From: Amoebophrya sp. A120
Taxonomy: Eukaryota; Protista; Dinoflagellata
Assembly (NCBI GenBank): GCA_905178155.1
Contig: CAJINV010000005.1
Coordinates: 2,110,054-2,174,053 of the forward strand
Reading direction: 5' to 3'
DNA length: 64,000 nt
Positions 12,601 through 24,699 of the stretch are shown one piece after another. Made by a program: the position numbers and the translations under genes. The notes beneath the pieces are model-generated. The model worked only from the letters and a program-made list of their open reading frames with translations. It searched no databases and was not told where the DNA came from. Positions within the stretch are counted from its first letter, which is position 1, and each line of letters opens with the position of its first letter.

Positions 12601-14561
12601 TGAACAGCTATCCTGTGCAAAAACGGGGCTCACACCCCTGAGGGCGGTTGGTAAATCTGCAACACAAATTTCCGATTCCAAGTTTTGGGAGTGATGTTGC
12701 ATGACAACTTTCTATCTGCAGTGTAGTGCTGATTAGCAAGAACTACGGCCGCATTAATACAAAGAGGCCTGCGGATCCTGTTTACAGCATATACAAATCC
12801 CAGAACACGAATACTACAAATTCCTGATGTGCATTGCAGATGTTTTTGGCGATGCAAATCTGCATGACAACTCTGGCGTGGGGACGACGTTATATTTGCT
12901 CAGGATAACAGCGTCAGCTTCTTCAGCTCCTCCTGTTTGTCCTTCAGCTGCTGCTTCAGCTGCTTCTCCTGCTCCTCCACGTCTGCGCCTTCCGCTAGCA
13001 ACTTGTCCAGTGGCATCCCGGGTAAAAACGGGGCCCACCCACACCCTAGAGTTGTAAAATGCGAATCTGCAAGCCTAAAGCATTTCTCGTGCGGAGACCT
13101 CCACCCATGCAGAGCAGATATTTCTGGCGTTGTTTTGAGATTTGTGATGCTGGAATCAGCATGATCATGTACGCGATCTGTGATGCTGCTTGACAGCACT
13201 AGCTAAAGACCACGACTACTACATTTTTGCAACAACCCCAACTTTGTCATGCGCAACATCAGCCAAAGCCTGTTGATTTGTCTAGCAGATTATTTACCAT
13301 CTCGACTAAGGGGGGCAGATGGGGATGTTTTTACACAGAATAAGTTCTGCGCGCTGCTCGACCGACAAGTCCTTCAAGAATTCCTCGGCCGCCGCGGTGT
13401 CTTCCTCCGTCGTGTTATCACTATGAAAAATCCCCCCTCCCCATATCAAAATGGAAACTTCTGATGCTGATTTGCGTAGACAAATCAGCTTTGTATTCCA
13501 GAGAGGCATCGCGGGCAGATCTCCAGGCTAGATAGGGGCGTATGTGTCTAGTTGTTCAGCATGGCAAACGGCTCCCCTTTAGGCCCCAGAGCATGAAAAA
13601 TCGCTGCCATCATGAGGCGAAAGCTCCTGCCCTTGTCTTCTTGCAGGACAAATATGATTTGTGACCTCAAATCAGCAACGCAAATTTTCGAAGTCATACC
13701 TTTTCAATATGGGGAGGGGGGATATTTCCTTTCAATACGTGTCCTCGTCGATCAACGCGTGCTATCCTGAGTCAAAGCGTCCCCGTCCAGTAGTCAAGCG
13801 TCCCCGTCCAATGAATAGTCAAGATGGGTGGAATTTGGGTACACAAATCCACAAGGTTTGGCTGCTGCGCAGGACAAGTTTGCACTCTCGTAGTGGAGAG
13901 CTGTTTGAGGTTGTGATAAAGTGCCGCATCATAAATCTACTTCGACTACCTTTTATCCTAATATCAGCATCGCAAACTCCCGGACAGCACTAGAAAACGG
14001 TCCTGAAGAATCTTACGGGGCTTCGCATCAGAAATCTTTTAGGCGTGCGGATTCGCATAACAACTATGGCGTGGAGACGCTTTTGCTCAGGATACATGCT
14101 CTTCGATGGAGGTGGACGAGGAGCCGGCAGCCCCCGAAGCGGCAGGCCGCCCCTTCCCCTTACTCGCTGCGTCTTCGTGCTCCATTTCTGCCAAAGAAAG
14201 GAACAGGTCCCGTTCCGCGCGCTGCAGGTCGGACTGCTTCGACGTAATTTCGTTCTCCAGCTGCGCCGCGAGGTGCTTATGCATTGCAAAAGCATCGTAC
14301 TTCTAGAACTAGTATCAGATGCATTACAAATTTGCTCAGTATGGGAGCTGGAATTTGTCATGCTGTTTTACCTTAAGAACATGCATCACTGCAACTAGTA
14401 CGAGTGCGATGCTTTTGCACAGGATAGTCCTTCAGCTGCGACAACTCGTGGGTGAGTCGCTCCTTTTCCTTCCGCTCTAAAAAATCGTCGACCTGTTGCT
14501 GCTCCATTGCGGAGAGCGCCCCGCCGGAGCCGGTCCGGTCGAGCGTCGAAATGTCCGGCAT
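9651..14561 (-). CDS. Hypothetical acidic coiled-coil protein with 11 introner introns
   Basis: Exons join in frame from MPDISTLD... to ...PILEEE* after removing elements plus 5 nt. One apparently canonical intron near 11010-11280. No recognised domain. Confidence 0.75.
9782..10080. mobile_element. Introner family F
   Basis: TSD TTCAT/CTCAT. Confidence 0.92.
10391..10551. mobile_element. Introner family G (single copy here)
   Basis: TIR TATCA....AAAAGTGTTAACGTTAACGG; TSD CAAGC. Confidence 0.9.
10655..10955. mobile_element. Introner family C
   Basis: TIR TATC...AAAAACGTCCCCAC type; TSD GACAA. Confidence 0.9.
11335..11658. mobile_element. Introner family C (diverged)
   Basis: TSD AACGT; ends ACA rather than ATA; frame restored DT|LTSIAL. 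Confidence 0.8.
11697..12017. mobile_element. Introner family A
   Basis: Family A TIRs; TSD TGTTC. Confidence 0.95.
12089..12518. mobile_element. Diverged introner
   Basis: TATCGA...TCGATA; partial TSD; frame restored. Confidence 0.7.
12609..12907. mobile_element. Introner family C
   Basis: TSD ACAGC. Confidence 0.9.
13014..13342. mobile_element. Introner family C
   Basis: Starts CATC; partial TSD AGTGG/AGTTC; frame restored AEL|DKL. Confidence 0.8.
13416..13737. mobile_element. Introner family A
   Basis: Family A TIRs; TSD CGTGT. Confidence 0.95.
13763..14094. mobile_element. Introner family C
   Basis: TSD CGTGC/CATGC. Confidence 0.9.
14278..14426. mobile_element. Introner family D (short)
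   Basis: TIR TATGCATTGCAAAAG type; TSD GTGCT/GTCCT. Confidence 0.85.
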
Positions 14562-15333
14562 GGCTTTTGCTTTTTCTACTTACTTGTCAATCAAAAATGA
14601 ACTATTTATGTTCTCACTTTTGTATGCGAATATGTATAAACCGACTTCTTTCTGGGGAGGAGCGACGCGTCACTCCGTTGATAACGGCATTGCTCAGAAG
14701 AACTGAGACTGTGCGGTGATGATCACGATTATATATACCCCAGGAGTGCACTTGGCGCTGCACGACTTCTAAAGAACCAACCCATAAGCAACAAATTTGG
14801 CTTTCAGTGCATTCCCGCTCGTAAGCACCAAGAACTCGAGACCATTTTGCAAGTTTAGGTACGGCTTCGCTCAAGCGGCAACAACTTAAAAAACCGCTGC
14901 AGATAATGACAAAGCCGTCCGCTTTCCGGTCTGGGCGGCTTTGTCTGCATATATGAATGATTACCATAGGAGCTCCTACGTAGTACCGAAAACAGATTGT
15001 TGATCTTCCATTTGATGCGGTCCTCGAGAACACTTTCTACGACGTATATATCAAGTCGCAAAGACTCACGACGTCGCTGACGTGTGAATATTTTTGCGTC
15101 TCCAAGATGATGCGATCATCTCGCGTATCATTCCGTCCTGCTGAAACTATTATAATATGCGCCGACCACAGTAAAAGAGGAGCGGCTTTGCTTGTTATTC
15201 TTCGATGATTGTCTGCAACAGACAGTGTTGTGTTGTGTTCTGCAAATAACAAGACTTTTGCTTCATCACCTTCCTGTGCTTCCTTCAGCAGCTCCACGGC
15301 GCGGAGGTTTTGAAGATGAGCATTCATGTATCC

Positions 15334-18300
15334 TCACTCCGCCTCTTCCAGCCTGATGTGGTACTTCTTCGGCACTTTCCACATGGACACCAATCCGTCC
15401 GTGCTGCACAGAGTATGGGAAGGAACCAATTGAATCAAGTACGTAGTGGTCAGCAGCTTGCACAACTAATATTTCACCTATTCATTATAATCGACTAGTA
15501 CCTTTTTTACCTCCGTGATACAGCAACAGGCTGCAGTCCTGTGTGCTCGTCACACCTCCCAGATAACTTGCTTATTTGACGGCAGTAGAAGTAGACGTAG
15601 AAGCAAGGCGCTGGCGATAGATGTCGTCCTTGTAAGTATCATTTTCATGCCTTGAGCTTGACCACGCTGCTAACATAATTAACTCATGCAAACAAAGCAG
15701 AACCTAGCTTCGACTTTTGACTCAAAACTTTCCTCGCATAGGTGAAGAGAATCATGTTGTCCCGGGAAAAGACACAGTCGCGGACCTGAAATAAATGTGA
15801 TGATATTGATTCATACAACAAACTACCATGCATATCCAGTATGACAAACGTAGCCATCTTGCAACATATTGCGCAACATCACAAACTTCCTCGAACACAC
15901 TTTTTTTTTTCTTGCCTACTTCAGTAAGTACCCACGACTCGTGCGCTTTGAAGCTCGTCTGCAGGGACGCCTTGAAGGCGGCTTTGCTGGGTTGGATGTT
16001 CCATATTCGCACGGTGCTGTCCCGCCCGACTGTGGCAAGTATTCGCCCACACTGGCTGAAGGCAACCTGTGATTTTGATGAACAAGATGCATTTGAATTT
16101 AGATTATCGTGTGTCTCGTCTTCTTCCCGATTTTCTTGTTCTAGCAAAAGCCATCTATTTAGCAACCTGTAGACTGAAGTGACACGAACAACTGTTGAAA
16201 AAGGAAAACCAAAACGTGGGACAAAAATTTTATGATCTACCTTATAGATCGCTTCCGTGTGCCCGGTCAGCTGGTGGTGCTCCAGATTGTACTTCTATCC
16301 CTTGCAAACAATGTCGATCTGGGTCTGAAAATCTGTCATGCTCGTCTACATGCATGACTACTCTAATAATTGTTCCCGACGTGGCAGGCCAACAACTTGT
16401 TCTTCCCAGATCGATATCATTTGCAAAGGATAACCCGCGCGGTTTTTCGATACTCTCCCGGGCCGTGTCCTTTGTCAAGTCCTTGAGGTTCCACAGCCGC
16501 GCCATGCAGTCCTCGCCCACGGTCACCAGAAACGTATCCGAATTCGGCGAGATCGCTACACTATTGATGCACCCGAGGTGCCCCTCGAGCCGCGCGCGGA
16601 GGTCGCACCTGAGAAAGCAAGTTTCTAAGTTTCTCTCTAGTGGTGGGCGAATTTATAAAAAAAATTGTCCCGAAAAATCCAGAGGTGCATGGCTGAGTAA
16701 GTACGAGTAACTCTAGAAAGGGACAAGTACAACGATCCACACCCATTCCTTCATGAAGTACACGTGCGAGTTGTAAGTAGACCCAACAACGAACAAACTG
16801 CAAGTCTTCGTCTTCCGACCAATACCAAGGTAAACAAAGAAATACATAAGAAAAATACGTGGGCAGTTCCCAGTTGACGTGCCATACGCACACAATGGAG
16901 TCGGCGCCTACCGTGACTAACTTTCTCCCGTCCGTTGGTGCAAAAGAGAGGGACATTACGTGGGTATGCATCGCAAAAATTGTGCCGCAAATCGTAGACG
17001 TGAGTGAAGTTTCCAGTAGAGTCAAAAACGAAATCCAACGTTGTATCTATTTTTACACCACCCCGAAACCACTGGCTCTCTCGTTGTCATGCCGAATTTT
17101 TTTTTGATGATTTCCATTTTCTCTGTGATCACGTACAAAGCAAAAAAAGAACTTTGGAGTAGAGATTTGTGTCAAGCACGACGCTCCGAGAGATAGGTTC
17201 GTAGCCGACGCGTCTTATGATCGGCAGCTACTGGGGCCTGCTCCACGTCATGCGATAGAGTGTCGGCATTTTTGCTTCGGATACGATTTTGCGTGCGCGG
17301 ACTTTCCCAGCAGCGGCACGTTCTGGTCCACATCCCAGAGAAAAATTCGCGTGTCTGCCCCCGCGGACGCGAAGTTCTGACTGTTGGGTGCGAACTGCAA
17401 GCTCCATACCCAGTTCGCGTGCGCGCGCAGGATGGAAATCGGGAAACCGGTGTTCCTATCCAAAGGAAAAATGATCCAACCCCATACGCAAATCTAAAAA
17501 CAAGGATGGACTTCTATTCTCATGCACGAATTCTACTAGGTACAGCAATCTATACACAAATGAGCTTGATGTCAAGCAGCAGGGCAAAGGGGCACACAAT
17601 TCGAAATAACATTCTGCAGGCAATTTCTCCTTCCTACTGCTAGTCTGGGCAAGTCGTGCAGCCTTCGCTCATGTGTAAAAAACGTTTGCGTTCATTTTCT
17701 AGTGGAGCCACTTAGGAGTACCGCGAACTATGGTGCCCACTTGCTCCAGCCTTGTGCGGTTGTCCAACCTCATGCTGTACTATAAAACTTTCTTGTCAGT
17801 TGTATGCTGTGAAGCATTTTGTTTCCGCTCGGGTAGTCGACTTCCCAAAGCCGTATTGTCCCGTCTGAAGAGGTGGATGCCAAAACTTGACAGTCGGGGG
17901 AGTTATCCTCTGCAAAAGTATCGCAGTCGTACTATCTAATTGCAGGCATGCATTACAAATCTAGTTCATAAGGCAAATCCGCACTACAGTAATGCTGAGC
18001 CAATTTGTATTGCAATTTATACTAGTACGTTACTTTTGCAATTCATAGGAGTATTGCACGCACCAAATGGTGTCCCCGTGCCCGGTCAGCGAGATAAGGA
18101 GCTGGTACCTGATAGATCAGGGGGGGAATTATCGTAGTGGTCGCATTAGCATGCTTCTTTTTTCGGATCAGGATAATTCTTGTGCCAAACATGGAGGTCG
18201 TGGCATACGTATAAGTATAACAAAGTCGTTGCTCTCTTTGTCCGATGAAAAAGAAATAAATTATACGTCATCAGACACCACAGGTGTATTTTGTTGTCAC

Positions 18301-18391
18301 TGGATGCTGCTGCCATCTGCTTGCCGTTTGGGCATAACGCGATGCACCAGACGGGAAACAGCTTCTCGTAGCCCTGTCGCTCCTCGTCCAT
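15334..18391 (-). CDS. WD40-repeat protein
   Basis: Repeats such as LTGHGDTIWCVQYSPDCQVLASTSSDGTIRLWEVDTG, LRAHANWVWSLQFAPNSQNFASAGADTRIFLWD and LEGHLGCINSVAISPNSDTFLVTVGEDCMARLWN. Mix of GT-AG and TAT...ATA introns. Confidence 0.9.
15414..15740. mobile_element. Fossil introner
   Basis: TATG...CATA, no TSD; removal plus 5 nt gives LFT|CSTDGLVSMW. Confidence 0.65.
16296..16432. mobile_element. Short B-like introner
   Basis: 28-bp TIR TATCC.TTGCAAA...TCGATCTGGG; restores PRG|YNLEHHQLTGH. Confidence 0.85.
16965..17283. mobile_element. Fossil introner
   Basis: TATG...GATA, no TSD; restores HAKS|VMSLSF. Confidence 0.7.
17457..17835. mobile_element. Fossil introner
   Basis: TATC...GGTA; restores LWEVD|TG. 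Confidence 0.7.
17904..18047. mobile_element. Introner family D (short)
   Basis: TSD GGAGT; restores YS|PD of a WD40 repeat. Confidence 0.9.
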
Positions 18392-18550
18392 CTTGTCGGC
18401 TATCCTTTAGAAAAAACCTAGCACGGCAATGGCACAGTCCAAACTTGCAAACTTATACACCGACCTGGAAAGCTTGTTGCAGACACCTCGTCAACTATCG
18501 ACTGTAGAACTTATGCGGAGAGGCTTACACAAAACAACAGATCTGCTGTG

Positions 18551-21200
18551 CTAGCTTTTTTTCTCTGCGATATTTGTACTCAGTGACAGGTAGAGCGGAA
18601 AGTTTTTCGGCCCCGCCGAAACCCCGCCGCCCATTTTCGGTCTATGTGGGTGCGGTGGTCGGGTCCTCGAGCACTGGCGATGGGAAAAAAGGCTGAGCAG
18701 CGCGGTGGTGTGCGATAGTGTTTCAGTACGACTGGGCGGTACACCGTCCGCGTAGTCGACACTGTGCGCGAACGCTTCGCTGGCTCTCCAGTATACGAGG
18801 TGTTGCGATTCCCGCGTGCTGCCGTTCCCTGCTCCGATGAAGAAGGTAGCAACGCAATTTTCCTCACCAGCCTGCAAGTGCTTTGAAGGTTATGTCACCT
18901 CGGGCTCCTTCTGCTCACTGCAGTTCTACTTGCACCTGCGCTCCTTCTGCATTCCTCCTGGTAAGAACGCTGAGGTATTTTGCAAGGTCTGGGCGCCGCC
19001 GTGGTCTGACTCGGAGCGGGTCACCAGAAACCTCCACCTCACCGCTGTGGTATCAGTTCTGCAGCTGAAAGTGGACTTATGGGTACTAGTTGACCACCGC
19101 TTTTTTTCTTTCCGGACCTAGATTTAACCTCGCTTCTTGCAGTGCAGCGACAAAACTCCGAGATCACGTCCCCGCGCACCGTCGTAAGTAGAAAGTACGT
19201 TCTTCTCCTTGAGGAAAAAATGTAGAGGAAAGAACTGTGTGTTCGTTGTAAATCTACCCGCCGCGACGGAGCACTGGTGGTCCTTCTGGAAAATGAAATT
19301 CCAAAGAGGTAGCGGAAGTACTGACTTCTTGACACTCGTTCTCACGCAGGTGCTAGAGCAGTTCTTGCGGCGGGTGCGAGCTCGTAACCACGTGCTGGTA
19401 ACCACGTGCTGGTCGTGAAGAACCGGTTCTTCTTGTTCGCGCCGCCTTGTTCCCGTCCGACACGACCTCCACGCAGCTCCGCACAGGCCTGCTCGATCTT
19501 GGACTCAAACGTGGGTAGAGGAGAAAAGCAGCTTTGTCAATATTTCTCCGGTGACGTAGAAGCGCTAGTCTTATTTTCGCAGGAACTTGTAGAGGTGGTT
19601 GTAGTTTCTTTTTCTTTTCTTCTTCTATCTTATTTGCGCGGGTAGAACTTCTTGTTCGATCGTCCGTCGTGCAGCATCATACAATATTCGACTTCGAAGT
19701 TCTTTCGTGTGGTCGCTTTTACCTAGAAGTTCATTTTATCAACTATATCAATCCTCGCAAAACTAAGACGTAACATGCATGCGAAATTGTAAACAAGTGA
19801 ATGTGGATCTCGATCTTGAACTTGATGAGGACCTGTAGAAATAAAACTCGGGGACTCTTCTTGAATGCTGAGATACAAATAGTTGTAGCGCAAGACACAG
19901 TTAAAGACGACTTTTCGCAAACGAGGGACAAGACTAGAGGCAGTGCGAATCTCGTCTTTTTGTTTTCAACTAGGAACATTTCCCTCGCTGGCATAAATAT
20001 TTCTCTCACGACCACTCTTGCGAGACAGTTGAGTTAACAAGATTGACAGAAACCACGACCCTGTCTTTCATGATCTTCTCGTCGCTCTGCGACCACTCCA
20101 TTTCTTTTGCCCCTCACAAGAACAGTCAGTGACGCAAAATAGCCTGCCTGCAGGTCTTCCACTCTTGTACCTGAGGTACTTCGGTCTTCGTGTATGAGAA
20201 GTGTGCGTGCTTATTCTTTCTATCAGCATGCGCGATATTTATATGTCAAAGTGAACTGCGCGGTTATGTAGTACTGATTATATATGTTTGGACGAGATCA
20301 AATTGGTGTGTGAGTAGAGCGAGTCTCCCTCTGACAACAACTTCTTTTCTCGCACTCTGATGTAATGTTTTACAGAGTGATCACAAAAAATCGTCTTCCT
20401 CGCTAGAGTCATCGCCAACATCGATTTCCCCTAACCGCCGCTGCCTCCCTATCAACCTGAAAAGTGCAACTCCTGGTTCCCCCGAAGATGTAGGAAAAGG
20501 AAGTGTTTGTCTAGTACAAAAGCTTTTCAATCTGGAAGAATTTGCCGCATTACATGCATCACCAGCACCACAGGTTTGCGCCGCAGAATAGCGATGAAAT
20601 AGATCTGTGTAGTTGCAAAAACGTCGCTCAGCAAGCGCAGGACTTGTCTTGCTGTGTAAAGGAAATCATACTTCGCACTTCGAGAGCCCGGATCAGCGAG
20701 ACTACTGGTGGTCATTTCATGCAAATTGTGTTTTGATTTTGAATTGAATCTGAACAACTTAATATGCATGAGAAAAACGAGTTTCCGCGCCTCTGGGGGT
20801 GACGCAGCTGGTGCACATATCGGTTTGATACTTTCTTCGTACCGGCGCTTCCTCTCGTCGGCCTCATCCCGCAGCTTCTGGTCCGAGGGTAGAAGTATGC
20901 ATTGCAATAGTTGTATTGCATCGTAGTAGTGCAAATTGCATGACAAATTAATGATCCCAATGAAATTGTCTTGGCAGATTCATGCATCAAAAAAACCCAA
21001 TCTGGTGTCCCGCACGTCTCTAAATTGATGCGCTACGAGTGCGATTATACTTTTGCACGGGATAGGCAGGTTCCGTCGGTTCAAGTTCTCTTTTTCCTGC
21101 ATCTTCCGTAGCCGCTCCTTCCACTCCGGACTTCCCTGCACGCCGCCCTGTGCCCGGTTTTCCCGCGCTCGCCGTATCACGGGGGACAAGAATCTCTTGC
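18551..21200 (-). CDS. Hypothetical multi-exon protein, structure unresolved
   Basis: Coding-like segments (PEWKERLRKMQEKENLNRRNL / LPSDQKLRDEADERKRRYEE) join across element 20896-21064. Remaining exons not traced. Confidence 0.4.
20896..21064. mobile_element. Introner family D-like (short)
   Basis: TATGCATTGCAA...TTTTGCACGGGATA; degenerate TSD. Confidence 0.7.
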
Positions 21201-21631
21201 GTATTGGATGTTTATTTCCGCTTTTGTTTCATTATATCAATGCGCAAAGCAAATTTCACATGAAAACCCGGTATGTTGCCCTCTGGTACAACTTCAGTGT
21301 GTTGTGCCAATGCTCGTGTGGCATCGAAAGTGTCTATTTTTGCAAACAAAGATATGAAGCTTCTTCCGTGTTGTCACCCCGGATAGTTCTGTTGGCTTCC
21401 TCGATTAGTGCTCGCGACGCCGTACGAGACGAAGCCTGGTTGTGTGGAGTTTTCACGAGAGGATGAACGACATACTGCTCGAGGTCACTATCTGTGCCGG
21501 CTCAACGCACCCATCATGCGAGCCACGACAGAAATCTTTCACCATGTAGTGGAGAGGGATTTAAAAATAATCATGCGCAGTCTAGGCACAGTTTTTGCTC
21601 ACGACTTAGTAGCTAACAAAAAACACAATGG

Positions 21632-24600
21632 TTAGTCGATGTAGGTTATCAACTGTAAAAATGTCTGGGTCTGGAACATTCCGGCACTTGTCATGCACGT
21701 TTTGCATGAGCCCTGATGTCTGTGATGCATGCCCTAGCATCACAGCTTTTTTCGGAGCTTCTTGATGCCTATTCCGCATGACAAATGCCCTCTCCGCGCG
21801 CGTAGCCAAAATTGCATTCCTTTTGGTACTCATGAAATACAGATTTTTCTGGAATCCAAATGCAGCATGACAAGTTGCATTCTTCCAGACCCAGACATTT
21901 TTACATTTGATATAGGTACCTGTGTTCTCCCCGGCGCCGTCTGGTTCTTTCCGTTGTCCGACCCCTCCTGTATGGCCGAAGCAAAAATTACTGCACTGCG
22001 ACCCTGCATCTTGCAGCTCTTCACGTCTACGGAAAAACCACCGGCCATCCGTGGTTTCCTTTGTCAACCTTTCGGAAAAAGAGACTGAAGCTAAAAAAGG
22101 CTTTTAGACTATTTCTAGTAAGTACTACAAGCGCAGCATTGGTTCTGGCTACATGCAAATTCGTAACATTTTTTTGCGCAAATTGAAGAACAAGTTTACA
22201 GTGCTGTTGAAACAGGTTTTTGGATATCCAGACTGCGGCCCCCGATGATCACCCCGACGGCGTCACCCACTTCTTCTTCCACCGCCTGAATATCGTCCTG
22301 CGTCGGCTCGCGGCAGGTTGGCGATCGCAGATCAAAAGAAAAAAAATATACCCCGGGAGCAGGTTGACACCCCGTAGTCGGTTTTAAAAGGGTGGAACTA
22401 TCCTACTCTGTAGTAGTGTTGACTACTAGTTGGGTGAAGGTACAACACAAAGACAAAACGCTAAACTTTCCGTGCAGCAAAAACCACAAATCTGTCTCGT
22501 GTTTGGAGTGCGCAAGAAGTGGTGGTCTTGTACTTCTTCACACGGTACCAGCCTCACTAGATCCTCTTTTGACGGTGCCGTGTCGTTGCAGCTCGTCCCG
22601 GGGCGGGATTTATTTTTCTTGTCATATCGCACACGGAAATCTTATAAACGGTTGCAACAGCGCCTTGGTCTCGCGCCCTCGGGGAAGAAGCGCAGCAGCT
22701 GGCCTCTACTTCTGCTATGGCAAGCATGATGCAAATTTGGTGACAGTGGTACAACGAGAACAATGAATTAATTACAGAAAAAAATATTCCTTGACATGAA
22801 ACCACACTTGTTTCCGTCTGCCGCAAAAAACGTTTCTCTCTGCCGCAGCGCACGCATGCTGGCAGAGCACGACGACCAACGCGGCACGGTCACACGTGAT
22901 ACATCTTTCCTGGCCTCCACAAACGGTCCCGCTCGGGTGCGGACCACAAACCACACTTCGTAATCGCCCACGCAGAGCTGCGTTATTATTTTACAAGTTC
23001 CTATAGACGACATGGTGCACTACTTTTTTGTTACGGCGTAGCTATGAACTTAAGTATTTAAAACTCACACACCACACCTTCCAAAACCATTTGGATATTA
23101 CACTATACGCTCTTTCCGTTCATGTAGGTGGGAAGGTAGGTCGTTTGAAACCCGGACGGCATGTCGTTGTCTATTCTGACGTCCACAATCACCGGGGAAG
23201 CGCGGTCCTTGCGATGAATCTCCAGCGTTGACCCGCAGTTCGGATCCTTCTCGAAGGTCGTGCCCGCGCAGGAAGGTATGTGCGCGTTTTGGACCCTATG
23301 CATTGCACATATGCGAACTTCTAGAAGGAGGTCGGGGAATTTTCTCAACAGACACGTATATTGTTTGTAGTTTCGCCCACTACAAAGTGGACGGCGCATG
23401 GTTCTGTGATGCATGTTGCGGAACACGACTACCGTCTGCGGCTTCTTCGTCGTTATGTTGCAAAAACGCGAACTGCCACAGTGGGGATGACTGCCAATGC
23501 CTAGCCGTCGGGTCGAAACTTCTCTTGCACGTCTGCATGTTGACCACGTGGTCTCCTTGCCATCTTCCATGCGATAGCATGACAAGTTATTTCCAGACCC
23601 ACAAACTAGTGCATTTCAACATTTGCACTTGATAGAAGTAGGCCACCTGCAAATCCGCTCCGCCGACGATGTCGTCCGGGTGGTCCTGGTTTTATCCCAG
23701 AGAAAATGCATCGAATGTGTCAATACTGATATTTCTGGAGGGGCTCGTCTGTGGCTGGTTTTATTGCCTAGGCTGTGCAACCCGCACTTGTTTCTGCATC
23801 TGCGTTGCATGAAAGAAACATCATGAGAAACATCATGCTAGCTTTTTTTCCCTGAGGTAGGCAACCGAAGTGATTCATATCGCGGCAGCACATGTCGCCC
23901 TTCGCTCCGGTTCGCAGGAACAATCGGCACGGGTCCACGCGAAGCTCCGTCACGTAGAAAATGTTTTTCACTTCAGACGTATGGCGAGAGAGCACGGAGG
24001 GTTCAATTGTTCATTATTATCCTGTACAGTACAAGGTGCGTCTTCATTCCGCCAGAACCAGCACACGCCCTTCGGGTCATCGTGACGGGGCCACGATTAT
24101 AAACCGAGTCGGATAACAAGGCTGACACCATGGAAAGGCGCGCCGATGCGCGGCTTTCAAGGCATCATGGCATAACGGCTGCATGACGCATGCAAGGGGG
24201 GGACAAAAAAGTCGAGTTCCTTTGAAACCCCGTGCTTTCTCCGGCCCTACTTTCCGATATTAACGTTGCGATACCGGTAGTTAAGCTTCAGCTGGTCGTA
24301 GTAGTCACCCTGGCCCCAGGCGGGGTACTGCGTTTCCCGCCAGCCCATCCGCCCGCCGTCGGTCGTATCCGGCACAAAAGTACTGGCTTATTGGCAGATA
24401 TCCTCCTTGATTGTAACGGAGATGACAATAAAAAACTCATCGATCGAAAAACTTTTGAACTTCTTGAATGACCGAAACGGCAAGCAGCGAGGGGAAGACT
24501 GCGCTTTCCTCGTTTTTCTGTACCCGGACGATATGACCACGCGCTGGTACTTTTTCACCTGATACGTCGGATCCGACAGGGTTGCGCCTGGATTCTGCGC

Positions 24601-24699
24601 GTAGAGGACAGGGGTACGTTCGAAAAAGCCCGCGATCACCGCGAGCGCCCGCGCAAGGGAACGGGAGTAGACCCTCGGACCGCAACACACCATAGCCAT
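21632..24699 (-). CDS. Hypothetical Cys-rich, possibly secreted protein
   Basis: Hydrophobic N-terminus. Exons include DLQVAYF|QNAHIPSCAGTTFEKDPNCGSTLEIHR, LCVGDYEVWFVVRTRAGPFVEARK and ...NTGTYID*, joined across elements at 23297 and 21647. Confidence 0.6.
21647..21912. mobile_element. Introner family B
   Basis: TIR TATCAA.TG.AAAAATGTCTGGGTCTGGAA; TSD TAGGT. Confidence 0.95.
23297..23634. mobile_element. Diverged B-like introner
   Basis: TATG...GATA; restores VAYF|QNAH. Confidence 0.65.

Noticed and set aside
22400-24100. Stop-codon reassignment or pseudogene to explain interrupted frames
   Set aside because: The stops I traced fall inside introns or introners; those exons are open in the standard code.
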